A stretch of 44,358 bases of DNA, taken from NCBI GenBank assembly GCA_937859575.1, contig CALLZL010000290.1:1-44358 (forward strand), written 5' to 3'. The notes under the pieces were generated by a model that made no database searches, was not told the origin of the DNA, and worked only from the letters and a program-made list of their open reading frames with translations. Each line of letters opens with the position of its first letter. The stretch's first letter is position 1. The stretch comes from an uncultured Chloroflexota bacterium (lineage in GTDB: Bacteria; Chloroflexota; Chloroflexia; Chloroflexales; Roseiflexaceae). Both the position numbers and the translations under genes were made by a program. Of this stretch, positions 17,098-26,095 are shown piece after piece.

Positions 17098-19818
17098 ATG
17101 AAAAAGCTCTCGAGCGCGGCCATCCGCGAAGCATATCTTTCCTTCTTTGAGCAACGCGGCCATACACGCGTTCCGAGTTCATCGCTCATCCCCGGCAATG
17201 ATCCGACGCTCCTGTTCGCCAATTCGGGGATGGTGCAATTCAAAGATACCTTCCTCGGGCTTGAGCAGCGCCCGTATACCCGGGCGACCACCTCGCAGAA
17301 GTGTTTGCGCGTCTCGGGCAAGCACAACGACCTCGAAGAAGTCGGGCCATCGCCGCGCCATCATACCTTCTTCGAGATGTTGGGGAATTTCTCTTTCGGC
17401 GATTACTTCAAACCTCAGGCGATCCCCATGGCCTGGGATCTGCTTACGAAGGTGTTCGAACTGCCGCAGGAACGCCTCTGGTTTACGGTTTTCGAGGGCA
17501 ACGATCGTGTGTCGGCCGACCAGGAGGCTGCCGATCTGTGGGTGGCGGCCGGTGCCGACCCGGATCGTGTGCTGCGCTTCGGCGAGAAAGATAACTTCTG
17601 GGTAATGGCCGACACCGGCCCATGCGGCCCTTGCAGTGAAATCACGATGTATATCGGCGACGACCTGGGCAAGATGTCGGCGGCAGGGGTCAATTCCGAC
17701 GATCCGGATTATGTCGAGATCTGGAATAATGTGTTCATGCAGTTTGAACGCAGCACCATGCAACCCCTGCCGCGCCCGTCGGTCGATACCGGTATGGGGC
17801 TCGAACGGATCGCAATGGTCTTGCAAGGGGTTCATTCCACTTACGAGACCGATCTGTTCACGCCGATCATCGGCCGCACGATCGCACTGCTCGGCAGTGA
17901 CGAACCCCATTACCAGGCTCACTTCGCCGCATACCGTGCCGTTGCCGATCACAGCCGGGCGGTGGCATTCCTGATCGCCGATGGTGTTTTGCCGGGCAAC
18001 ACTGGCCGCTCGTATGTGTTGCGCCGCATTCTGCGCCGGGCGGTATATCAGGGTCGCAGTATTGGTTTCGAGCGCCCATTTCTTGCTGATGTCGTAGCGA
18101 CGGTGATCGACGAGATGGGGCCGGTGTATCGTGATCTTGAAAACCGCCGCCAGTTCATTCTCGAAGCGGTCGATGCCGAAGAGCAGCAGTTTCGCAGCAC
18201 CCTTTCAGGTGGCATTGTGCGCCTCGGAGTGGTGATCGATCAGGTGAAATCGGCCGGCGGCAGCACACTGCCGGGCGGTGATGCCTTCACCCTGAAAGAC
18301 ACATACGGCTTCCCGCTCGACCTGACGCAGCGCATTGCCGCCGAGAACGGCCTGAGTGTTGACGAGGCCGGTTACGACGAAGCGATGGATGCCCAGCGCC
18401 GCCGCAGCCGTGCCGCGGCACAGTTTCGCCGGGGCGGCGATAGCGATATCTGGAGCGACCAGGCCCTCCCACCGACACGGTTCGTCGGCTATCAGCACGA
18501 GGTACATGCCGGCCAGGTACTGGCTATTGTCGCCGATGGCGATGTCGTTGCCGAGGCGCATCCTGGCCGCCAGGTGCAACTGGTGCTCGATACCACGCCC
18601 TTCTATGCCGAAAGTGGCGGGCAGGTAGGCGATAGTGGCATGATCGAGACGCCACGCGGCCGGATGCGCGTCAGCGACACGCAGCGCCCGCTGCCGGGGG
18701 TGATCATTCACTATGGTGAGTTGCTCGATGGGGTGATTGCGCGTGGCGACCAGGCCGAGGCGCGGGTAGATACGGCTCGTCGCCGCCATATCACACGCAA
18801 CCATACTGCGACACATCTGTTGCACCGCGCCTTGCGGGATGTGCTTGGCGAGCATGCGGCACAGGCCGGATCGCTGGTTGCACCCGATCGATTGCGCTTC
18901 GACTTTACCCACCACCGGGCGGTAAGTACCGAACAGCTACGCGAGATCGAGCAACGTGTCAATAGCTGGATCCGAGCCGATACGGCGGTAGCCTGGGAAG
19001 AGATGGCCTATCAGCAGGCGATCGATCTGGGAGCGATGGCACTATTTGGCGAGAAATACGGCGATTCGGTGCGGGTTGTAACCGTCGGTTGTCGTGATGG
19101 TATACCGGCAGCACCCGAGGGCGACATTGATGGTGTACCGGCCGAGCCGCAGTTTGCCATGTGCTCGCGCGAGCTGTGTGGCGGCATTCATGTGGCGCGT
19201 ACCGGGGCGATCGGCTACTTCCGTATCATTGGCGAAACGAGTGTAGCCGCCGGTGTGCGGCGGATCGAGGCGCTGACCGGCGCTGGTGCCGAGGCGTGGG
19301 CCGATGCCCAGGCAGCACTGGTGCGAGAAACCGCAGCACGCCTGGGGGTACCGCCGGCACAACTCGCCGAACGTGTCGAGGCGCTGCTTGGCGAACTGCG
19401 CCAGCGCCAGCGCGAGCTTGATGCGTTGCGCTCACAGGCGGCACACGATACCCTCGGCGATCTGCTGGCCGGAGTGCGCGAGATCGGTGGGGTGAAATAT
19501 ATCGCGGCACAGGTCGCCGCCGATGATGCCGGCCGGCTGCGTGAAATGGGCGACTGGCTGCGCGACAAGCTCGGCTCGGGAGTCGTAGCACTGGCAGCTG
19601 TCAGTGGTGAGAAAGTACAGCTGTTGACCATGGTCACCCGTGATCTGACCGAACACGGGTATCATGCCGGCAACCTGGTGAAATCACTGGCAACGATGGT
19701 TGGCGGCAGCGGTGGCGGCCGGCCCGAAATGGCGCAGGCCGGCGGGCGCGACCCACAGAAGATACCGGCGGCGTTGGCACAGGTGGCCGAGCTTCTGGAT
19801 GCGCAGCGCCGTAACTAA
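17098..19818 (+). CDS. alaS: Alanine--tRNA ligase
   Basis: MKKLSSAAIREAYLSFFEQRGHTRVPSSSLIP, FANSGMVQFK, HHTFFEMLGNFSFGDYFK, editing-domain HTATHLLH, C-terminal GGSGGGRPEMAQAGG. Confidence 0.96.
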   Translation: MKKLSSAAIREAYLSFFEQRGHTRVPSSSLIPGNDPTLLFANSGMVQFKDTFLGLEQRPYTRATTSQKCLRVSGKHNDLEEVGPSPRHHTFFEMLGNFSFGDYFKPQAIPMAWDLLTKVFELPQERLWFTVFEGNDRVSADQEAADLWVAAGADPDRVLRFGEKDNFWVMADTGPCGPCSEITMYIGDDLGKMSAAGVNSDDPDYVEIWNNVFMQFERSTMQPLPRPSVDTGMGLERIAMVLQGVHSTYETDLFTPIIGRTIALLGSDEPHYQAHFAAYRAVADHSRAVAFLIADGVLPGNTGRSYVLRRILRRAVYQGRSIGFERPFLADVVATVIDEMGPVYRDLENRRQFILEAVDAEEQQFRSTLSGGIVRLGVVIDQVKSAGGSTLPGGDAFTLKDTYGFPLDLTQRIAAENGLSVDEAGYDEAMDAQRRRSRAAAQFRRGGDSDIWSDQALPPTRFVGYQHEVHAGQVLAIVADGDVVAEAHPGRQVQLVLDTTPFYAESGGQVGDSGMIETPRGRMRVSDTQRPLPGVIIHYGELLDGVIARGDQAEARVDTARRRHITRNHTATHLLHRALRDVLGEHAAQAGSLVAPDRLRFDFTHHRAVSTEQLREIEQRVNSWIRADTAVAWEEMAYQQAIDLGAMALFGEKYGDSVRVVTVGCRDGIPAAPEGDIDGVPAEPQFAMCSRELCGGIHVARTGAIGYFRIIGETSVAAGVRRIEALTGAGAEAWADAQAALVRETAARLGVPPAQLAERVEALLGELRQRQRELDALRSQAAHDTLGDLLAGVREIGGVKYIAAQVAADDAGRLREMGDWLRDKLGSGVVALAAVSGEKVQLLTMVTRDLTEHGYHAGNLVKSLATMVGGSGGGRPEMAQAGGRDPQKIPAALAQVAELLDAQRRN

Positions 19819-19924
19819 TAAGCCATGGATCGTATATGCAGAAACCGCAGATCGGCAGACGCGCTAGCGTTCGCGGCAGATCTCGGGGTGTATCGAATCT
19901 TGGAAGAAAGTATCAGGGTGGAAT

Positions 19925-20437
19925 ATGGCTGATGAGCGCCCACGATCACGGGGCGGCGACACCGACGCCCGTTCGATGCTTCATTCGTTACTGGCTACCT
20001 CGCCGGCGGCTGTCGTTGTGCCGATCCAGGCCGGCGATGGTGTCGATAGTGTGGTGGCCCGCGTGTATGCGGCCGGTGCTACCCATGTGCAGTTGATCAT
20101 TCCGGCCGGTACCGCAGAATTTCAATCACCAAACAGCTTTTCGGCACTGCGGGTATTGCTCGAAGCTGCCGGAATCACCATCACTGCCGTCAGCCCTGAT
20201 CCACTCGTAATTGCGGCCGCCCGGCGCGGCCGTGTCGATGTGATTGGTGTCGAAGCGACGGCCCGGCCGCCAGTGACCAGGCCGATTGAAGAAGCACCGG
20301 CCGACAACCGCTCGCGTTATACCGATCTTGATGATGCCGATGCCGATCTCTACGCATCATTTGATGATCTCTCGGATGCCATCCAGACAGCACCACCAAC
20401 ACGCCGCCCGGTTTCCAGCGCCGACGCGGGCCGATGA
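19925..20437 (+). CDS. Hypothetical protein (acidic C-terminal tail)
   Basis: 170-aa ORF with protein-like composition and ATG preceded by AGGGTGGA. No family recognised. Confidence 0.5.
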   Translation: MADERPRSRGGDTDARSMLHSLLATSPAAVVVPIQAGDGVDSVVARVYAAGATHVQLIIPAGTAEFQSPNSFSALRVLLEAAGITITAVSPDPLVIAAARRGRVDVIGVEATARPPVTRPIEEAPADNRSRYTDLDDADADLYASFDDLSDAIQTAPPTRRPVSSADAGR

Positions 20438-20441
20438 GTCG

Positions 20442-21818
20442 GTGCGGCCCCCCCAGCCGGGGCGGCAGCGGCCAACCGCCCCGGTTGGGCGGGTGCGGTC
20501 GCTACGTGATGATGCAGCGACCCTTGCCGGTGATCGAGGGCGAGCGGTGCGGCAACCACGCACAGCCGGCATTCCATTGCCGTTGGTGCTGCTGATTGTG
20601 GTGGCGCTGATCGCCCTGGTACTGGCTGTCTGGTATGCTGCGGCACGCGTAACGGTGTCGGTTGCCCTGCCGCCGGCCGCCACCAGTGAGCAGACCTTCA
20701 GCAACGAGGTGATTCCGTATTCAGCTGCCGGATCAACCGACAATGCGGCGGCGCTCCAGGCGGCAGCAGTGGCTGCTGAAGCCGATTTCAGCGCCGACGG
20801 CACAGTTGCCGGCGAGACGCTGACACCGATCGGCCGGGCGCAGGGCATTATCACAATCATCAATACGGTAGCGCAGGCGATCGAGCTTCCCGAGGGAACC
20901 GACCTGATTGCAACCAACAGCGAGGGGCGTGAAGTACGATTTGCGCTTGATGTCCCGGCGGTTGTTCCGGCAGCGACGACCGTCAGTGATCTGAGCGGCA
21001 CACGTACCAACTATGGATCAATCGATGTAGCCGTTACTGCACGTTCACCGGGGAGCCAGTCGAATGTCGGGCAGGATGCGATCAAGCAGATCCTGATACC
21101 CGGCCAGCAGCCGATCATCAGTGATCGGAGCAACTTCATCATTCGCCACCAGCCGATTGCTGGTGGGAGCGAAGAGATGCTGCGGATTGTGACCGAGGAG
21201 GATGTGCGCCAGGTGCTTGGCGAAGCCCTGACCGGGCTGTACAACATTGGGGTACAGCGGCTCCGGGCACAGATCGACGAGCGGCAGTTTGCCATTGATC
21301 CGAATACGATCTACCCCGGCCCAGCCGATCTGGCGACACCCAGCGGCTATGATGCACCGATTATTACGCCGGGTGTCGGCGAACCGGCCGATGCCGATGG
21401 GCGGTTTCGTGTGACCGTGCAGGCACGGTTTAGTGCGCTGGCAACACCTGCCGATCGGTTGATCGGCGAGCAGTTGCAGGAAGTGGTACCGCAGTATTTC
21501 ACACAACGGCCGGTGCCGCCATGCCCGGCGGTTAGCCGGCCCGGGTTCAGTGTCTCGAACTGGCGTTGGGATGGTGAACGGCTGACGATCGATGGCACTG
21601 TTGCGTGTACAACTGAACGTAGCCTGCCGCCCGAAGTGCTCGACGATGTGCGCAGCACCCTGGTTGGGCAGACACGTGAGGCTGCCGAGTTGCGTATGCA
21701 GGATCTGCAGCGGCGCGGCATGATTGGTGAATTCGCATTGCCGGAAGGGGATCGGCTGCCGGGCTTCGACTGGCTGATCAGGGTTGAGGTCGTAGAGAGC
21801 ATGGCTGTCGGGCAATAG
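20442..21818 (+). CDS. Hypothetical single-pass membrane protein; extracytoplasmic part is reminiscent of baseplate-J-like domains
   Basis: TM helix IPLPLVLLIVVALIALVLAVWYAA followed by about 400 aa (GIITIINTVAQAIELPEGTDLIA...IDVAVTARSPGSQSNVG). Start is uncertain: GTG 20442 is the first start codon after the upstream stop. The ORF-track start at 20286 overlaps the preceding ORF by 150 nt with implausible sequence. Confidence 0.5.
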   Translation: MRPPQPGRQRPTAPVGRVRSLRDDAATLAGDRGRAVRQPRTAGIPLPLVLLIVVALIALVLAVWYAAARVTVSVALPPAATSEQTFSNEVIPYSAAGSTDNAAALQAAAVAAEADFSADGTVAGETLTPIGRAQGIITIINTVAQAIELPEGTDLIATNSEGREVRFALDVPAVVPAATTVSDLSGTRTNYGSIDVAVTARSPGSQSNVGQDAIKQILIPGQQPIISDRSNFIIRHQPIAGGSEEMLRIVTEEDVRQVLGEALTGLYNIGVQRLRAQIDERQFAIDPNTIYPGPADLATPSGYDAPIITPGVGEPADADGRFRVTVQARFSALATPADRLIGEQLQEVVPQYFTQRPVPPCPAVSRPGFSVSNWRWDGERLTIDGTVACTTERSLPPEVLDDVRSTLVGQTREAAELRMQDLQRRGMIGEFALPEGDRLPGFDWLIRVEVVESMAVGQ

Positions 21819-21851
21819 GTGCGTACACCGTAACGGAGAAGCGAGCAGGAG

Positions 21852-22286
21852 ATGGAGCTGGGGCGGATTGTGGCGCTCGATATAGGCGGGCGACGGATCG
21901 GGGTGGCGGTGAGCGATCCGACCCGCACGCTGGCATCGCCATTGACGACGCTGCATGCACAGCCGCGTAGCACCGTGTTCAGCCGCATTCGCCGGCTGCT
22001 TGAAGAACAGGAAGCAACCGCGCTGGTTGTCGGGTTGCCGGTTTCGCTCAATGGTGCAATCGGGCCACAGGCCAGGGAAGTGCAGCAGTTTGTCGAAGAG
22101 CTCCGGCCATTGATCGAGATCCCGATCCATTTTGTCGATGAGCGCCTGACCAGTGTGGCTGCCGACCGGATGATGAGCGAGCTCGGTATTCGGCCTGAGA
22201 AGCGCAAGGAGCGGATCGACCAGGTCGCGGCATCGCTGATCTTACAGGATTTTCTGGATGCCGATGGACGCAACCGGCGAGAGTGA
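21852..22286 (+). CDS. ruvX: Holliday-junction-resolvase-like putative pre-16S rRNA nuclease RuvX/YqgF
   Basis: IVALDIGGRRIGVAVSDP, VVGLPVSLNG, VDERLTS. Size 144 aa. Confidence 0.92.
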   Translation: MELGRIVALDIGGRRIGVAVSDPTRTLASPLTTLHAQPRSTVFSRIRRLLEEQEATALVVGLPVSLNGAIGPQAREVQQFVEELRPLIEIPIHFVDERLTSVAADRMMSELGIRPEKRKERIDQVAASLILQDFLDADGRNRRE

Positions 22287-22294
22287 GGCACTGC

Positions 22295-22933
22295 CTATGG
22301 CTCGCGCCGCCCCCCACCGTTGGTTGTACTGGAGTTTGTGCGGCGATTGCGCCGCCCCGGCGGCGTTGGCGCTACCGATACAGCCGGCAATTTGTTCAGC
22401 CAGCCGGCGATCTGGGCGATAATATCATCAAGCGGGATGATGGTATCAACTACCAGGTGCGGTTCGCCGATCGCATAGGCCGACGACGCAGCCCGACGCC
22501 GCATATGGGCTTCGAGGTCGGCCCACGATGTGACATGGTGTGCCGGCAGGCGCAGCGCACGGCGTTGATTGATTCGTCGTCGCCACTCCTCTTCCGACGA
22601 GCAGACACACTCGATGACGACCAGCCGTGCTGCCGTATCATAGGCAACGGCACACCCCATGGTATACCCGCCCACCTCGCTCAGCGGGCTGTCGCAGATC
22701 ACACTCAGCCCTTGCAGCAACTGACGCCGTGCGACATTGAACATGGCAATATATGCCAGGCCGCCCGGATCATCGGCATGTTCATCAAGCACATCTTTGA
22801 TATCGTCTTTGTCGATCACCGGAACGCCGAGATAGCGCCCGAGGGCGCGGGCAACAGCGCTCTTCCCCGACCCGGGATGCCCTTTGAAGGCTATCAGGAT
22901 GGGGCGTTCATCAGGTAGTGTGAGCATCTCCAT
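22295..22933 (-). CDS. P-loop kinase/ATPase (AAA_33-like)
   Basis: PILIAFKGHPGSGKSAVARALGRYLGVPVIDKDDIKDVL (Walker A). The ORF-track start at 22936 is a TTG; ATGs at 22933 and 22927 are alternatives. Overlaps the 3' end of the upstream gene. Confidence 0.7.
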   Translation of the reverse strand: MEMLTLPDERPILIAFKGHPGSGKSAVARALGRYLGVPVIDKDDIKDVLDEHADDPGGLAYIAMFNVARRQLLQGLSVICDSPLSEVGGYTMGCAVAYDTAARLVVIECVCSSEEEWRRRINQRRALRLPAHHVTSWADLEAHMRRRAASSAYAIGEPHLVVDTIIPLDDIIAQIAGWLNKLPAVSVAPTPPGRRNRRTNSSTTNGGGRREP

Positions 22934-23816
22934 CAATTAGTCGCCTGATTCTCATGGCGGCGTCTGGTGGCAGGCCCTGGGCCAGTGCAAGTGGCAGCGT
23001 TGCTGCTGCCAACTGGCCGTAGAGCATGCGCCATTCGGGGGCCGTATGCTCAAGGGCTGCCAGATGGGCCGCGATCGTTGCTTCGTCACCACGGGCCACC
23101 GGCCCGGTGAGGATGGTGGCCGCATCGCCATGTTCGAGATTTGCCACAGCGCCGCGCAGCAGCGCAAGTAAGCCGGCAGCGCTGGTGGCGTGGTCGATTC
23201 CGATCCGCTGCAGAAGCTCGACAGCAATCGCATACAGCGCGATACTGTAGTTGGCGGTGAGAGCCGCCGCCGCGTGATAGGCGGCGCGGTCGATTCCACT
23301 GAGATCGAACGGCTGCCCACCCAGCCGCTGCACTATCTGCCGCAACACATGGTTCAGCGGCTCGTCGGCCTCGACACCGAAGAATGAGCCGGCCAGGCGA
23401 TCCGCCCCGGTGGCACCGGGCAAGGTTTGAAGTGGATGCAGCACACCGGTATGAGCGCCCTGCGCTGCCGCTGCCGCCAGTAGTTCGCGGCCGCCAATGC
23501 CGCTACAGTGTACCACGGCCTGCCCGGATCGCCAGCCGACCTCAGCTGCGATGTGCGCACATACGATGCCAATAGCGCGATCGGATGTCGTGATGAAGAC
23601 AACATCGGTGCGCGTGGCGACCTCGGCCTGGCTTAGTGCCATTGCACCGACCTGTTGTGCCAGGGTTGCGGCATGATCCGGATCGCGACTGGCAATCGCT
23701 ATGGGCGGCAGGCCGGCATGCGCCAGGGCGATCGCAAGGGCGCTGCCGGCGCGCCCGGCACCAATCAGGCCTATACGGGAAACCTGAGGATCAAACGAGG
23801 TATCTGCGGCACCCAT
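22911..23816 (-). CDS. Rossmann-fold NAD(P) oxidoreductase-like protein with DUF2520-type C-terminal domain
   Basis: RIGLIGAGRAGSALAIALAHAG dinucleotide-binding motif followed by a helical C-terminal domain. Family call by eye. Confidence 0.65.
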   Translation of the reverse strand: MGAADTSFDPQVSRIGLIGAGRAGSALAIALAHAGLPPIAIASRDPDHAATLAQQVGAMALSQAEVATRTDVVFITTSDRAIGIVCAHIAAEVGWRSGQAVVHCSGIGGRELLAAAAAQGAHTGVLHPLQTLPGATGADRLAGSFFGVEADEPLNHVLRQIVQRLGGQPFDLSGIDRAAYHAAAALTANYSIALYAIAVELLQRIGIDHATSAAGLLALLRGAVANLEHGDAATILTGPVARGDEATIAAHLAALEHTAPEWRMLYGQLAAATLPLALAQGLPPDAAMRIRRLIDGDAHTT

Positions 23817-23818
23817 GG

Positions 23819-24790
23819 CTAGCCCCCGGCATCGTCTGCTGCCGGAATACCGCCGGCAGATGTCGCCTGGGTGGCACAGCGCTCGATGGCACAGGCCAGC
23901 ACTTCGGCGGCAATCGCACCAAGTACGGCTACATGCTGGCTGCGCTGCCGGCCGGTTGCAAGGGCAAACACCATATCGCCATCGAAGGGGGTATGCGCCG
24001 GCCGGATAGTGCGCGGCAGTGCATCCTGTGCCATCTGCGCCATTTTGGTTGCCTCGGCTTTGGTCAGATGCGCACTGGTGGCAACGACGGCAAGGGTTGT
24101 GTTTTCGCCGCCGAGCATGCCGGCCATACGCTGCTGGACATCCGGCCGGCGCAAGAGATGCATCGTATCGGCAAAGCCACCCTCGGTCGCCCGCACCCCG
24201 GCCAGGATCCGCCCATCCGCGGCGGCGCGGATGTCGCCGAGTGCATTACAGACAGCCAGCGCTCCGATAACTGTGCCATCGGCGAGGGTTTCGCTCCAGG
24301 TGCCGACACCCGCCTTCATGGCGTGTTGCATTCCCAGCAATTTACCGACGCTTGCCCCAGTGCCGACGCCGACACTTCCTTCGGCCACATGGCGATCGGC
24401 AGCGACACATGCGGCGTAGCCGAGTGCCGCATCAGCCCAACGATCGGCACTACCGAGTGCAAGATCGAAGATGACGGCCGCCGGGACGATAGGTACCCGC
24501 CGTACCCGGGTCTCATAGCCGATGTTTCGTTCACGGAGCCACTCGACAACCCCACCGGCGGCGGCCAGACCAAATGCACTGCCGCCACACAGCGCGACCG
24601 CATGCACGACCGATACCGTTGCTACCGGGTCGAGCAGATCGGTTTCGCGGCTGCCGGGCGCACCGCCCCGCACATCTACCGCGCCAACGGCGCCGGCCGG
24701 CGTAAGAATTACCGTGCATCCGGTGAGCGCGGCGGTATCGTGGGCATGGCCGACCAGCAGGCCGGGAACATCAGTAATGGCAGGGCTCAT
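23819..24790 (-). CDS. Peptidase family S58/P1 (DmpA-like aminopeptidase)
   Basis: ITDVPGLLVGHAHDTAALTGCTVIL...VDVRGGAPGSRETDLL and GENTTLAVVATSAHLTKAE are typical of DmpA/BapA-type Ntn hydrolases. Confidence 0.85.
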   Translation of the reverse strand: MSPAITDVPGLLVGHAHDTAALTGCTVILTPAGAVGAVDVRGGAPGSRETDLLDPVATVSVVHAVALCGGSAFGLAAAGGVVEWLRERNIGYETRVRRVPIVPAAVIFDLALGSADRWADAALGYAACVAADRHVAEGSVGVGTGASVGKLLGMQHAMKAGVGTWSETLADGTVIGALAVCNALGDIRAAADGRILAGVRATEGGFADTMHLLRRPDVQQRMAGMLGGENTTLAVVATSAHLTKAEATKMAQMAQDALPRTIRPAHTPFDGDMVFALATGRQRSQHVAVLGAIAAEVLACAIERCATQATSAGGIPAADDAGG

Positions 24791-24800
24791 ACGACACTAC

Positions 24801-25520
24801 TTACTGGCGCAGCAATGAATCGAAAATCTGCTGCCAGACGCCGAAAGGTTGAGCACCAACGACAAGCTGGCCATTGACGAGGAACGACGGCGTACTGCGA
24901 ATTCCTTTGCTGAGCGCTTCACGCATATCGTCCTCGATGGTTGGCGCATGGCGATTGCTCTCGACACAGGCTCGCAGCGCATCGGTGTCGAGGCTAAGCT
25001 CGCGGGCATAGCCGAGGAAGACCTCATAATCGGCGGCACTACCGCTGCGCCATTCGCGGATCGGCATGCCACGGAAGATGCGCTCGTGCATAGGCCAGAA
25101 CGCCCCCTGGTCGGCGGCACAATTGGCGACGTGCGCCGCCAGCAGCGCCCCGGGGTGAATATCGGTGAGCGGGAAATCGCGATAAATGAACAAGACCTTG
25201 CCAGTCGCGACATACTGCTCGATAATTTGCGGTTTCGTCTCACGGACGAACGATTCACAGAATGGTCACTGGTAATCGCTAAACTCGACCACCACAATCG
25301 GTGCGGCAGGATCGCCGAGTGTTCGGGCTCCACCGGGGCTTTCGGCTGCAACCGCGCTGGTCGGTACACTCGCCGGCTGCGCCACCAGTGGCGTAGTAGT
25401 CGTGCGGGGTGGCGTGCCTGATGCGGTGGTGGCACGTGGCGGGGCTTCGGGGCCGCATGCAACCGCCAGCAACCCCAGGAAGAGCAGCGTCAGTAAGCGT
25501 ATCGGTGTAGATGCGTGCAT
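24801..25520 (-). CDS. DsbA-family thiol:disulfide oxidoreductase lipoprotein with in-frame TGA at the first CxxC cysteine (candidate selenocysteine; alternatively a pseudogene)
   Basis: ORFs 25266..25520 and 24801..25193 are in the same frame. Reading through TGA (25266-25268) gives ...IVVVEFSDYQ-U-PFCESFVRETKPQIIEQYVATGKVLFIYRDFPL...FWPMHERIF...TPSFLVNGQ, a contiguous DsbA-like thioredoxin fold. N-terminal signal peptide with lipobox-like LLAVAC. Confidence 0.65.
25230..25252 (-). promoter_or_regulatory. SECIS-like stem-loop downstream of the in-frame UGA
   Basis: mRNA: UGA + 13 nt, then CG-UUCGUC-[CGUGA]-GACGAA-(AC bulge)-CG. Perfect 6-bp core stem at 25245-25250/25234-25239. Apical loop G-U begins at +23 after the UGA. 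Confidence 0.45.
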
Positions 25521-25580
25521 GGTGCCCCTGATCTGCTGAGTTTCTCGATAGTTGTACCGGCTGATGCTCTGTGTGGAGTG

Positions 25581-26090
25581 TCAACGCTCATAGAGTTGGA
25601 TCTGATCGGTTTCACGGCGGGTAAAGGTTCGCACCAGGGTATTACTACCGTCGTCGCCGCAGTACGGGCATACCGACCACGAAAGGTCGATTGCGCGATT
25701 ACATCCGCCGCAGCGGCGGCGTAGTGCGGTATGGCAATGTGGGCAAAGGATGAAATCCGGCTCAACACCACGCTGACATCCCGGGCAGACGAATTTTTCT
25801 TCGAGATCGCGGCGCATATACTCTTCTTCGAGGGTGCGTTCGTATTTTTCGGCCAGGGTTTCGCGTGGGCGCAGGATCAGATGGAGCACAACCCCGGCGA
25901 ACGGCAGCAGGAGCGCCAGCGACACCGCCAGCACCTGAACCGTAATATTATCACTGCGATTATTGATGTCGCGGTATGTCCAGAGCACTGAGGCTGCCCA
26001 GAGCAAAACCAGATATGCCGCGATCATCCAGCCGATGGCAGTAACGATCGGCACGAGATTGGTAATAATAGCCCGAAAATCCAAACCCAA
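25581..26090 (-). CDS. Membrane protein with PLD-nuclease-N-like TM pair and C-terminal double zinc ribbon
   Basis: Two TM helices (IVTAIGWMIAAYLVLLWAASVLW; VLAVSLALLLPFAGVVLHLIL), then CPGC...CPHC...CGGC...CPYC. Confidence 0.7.
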   Translation of the reverse strand: MGLDFRAIITNLVPIVTAIGWMIAAYLVLLWAASVLWTYRDINNRSDNITVQVLAVSLALLLPFAGVVLHLILRPRETLAEKYERTLEEEYMRRDLEEKFVCPGCQRGVEPDFILCPHCHTALRRRCGGCNRAIDLSWSVCPYCGDDGSNTLVRTFTRRETDQIQLYER

Positions 26091-26095
26091 ACTCC

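Noticed and set aside
20286-20441. ORF-track start (20286) of the membrane protein overlapping the preceding ORF by about 150 nt
   Set aside because: The overlapping part translates to implausible sequence (MKKHRPTTARVIPILMMPMPISTHHLMISRMPSRQHHQH), while the other frame gives a coherent acidic tail. Start moved to GTG 20442 (uncertain).
23636-24877. 413-aa plus-strand ORF opposite the DmpA-like peptidase
   Set aside because: The minus-strand product has clear S58/DmpA motifs. The plus-strand translation is Arg/Gly/Cys-rich and motif-free.
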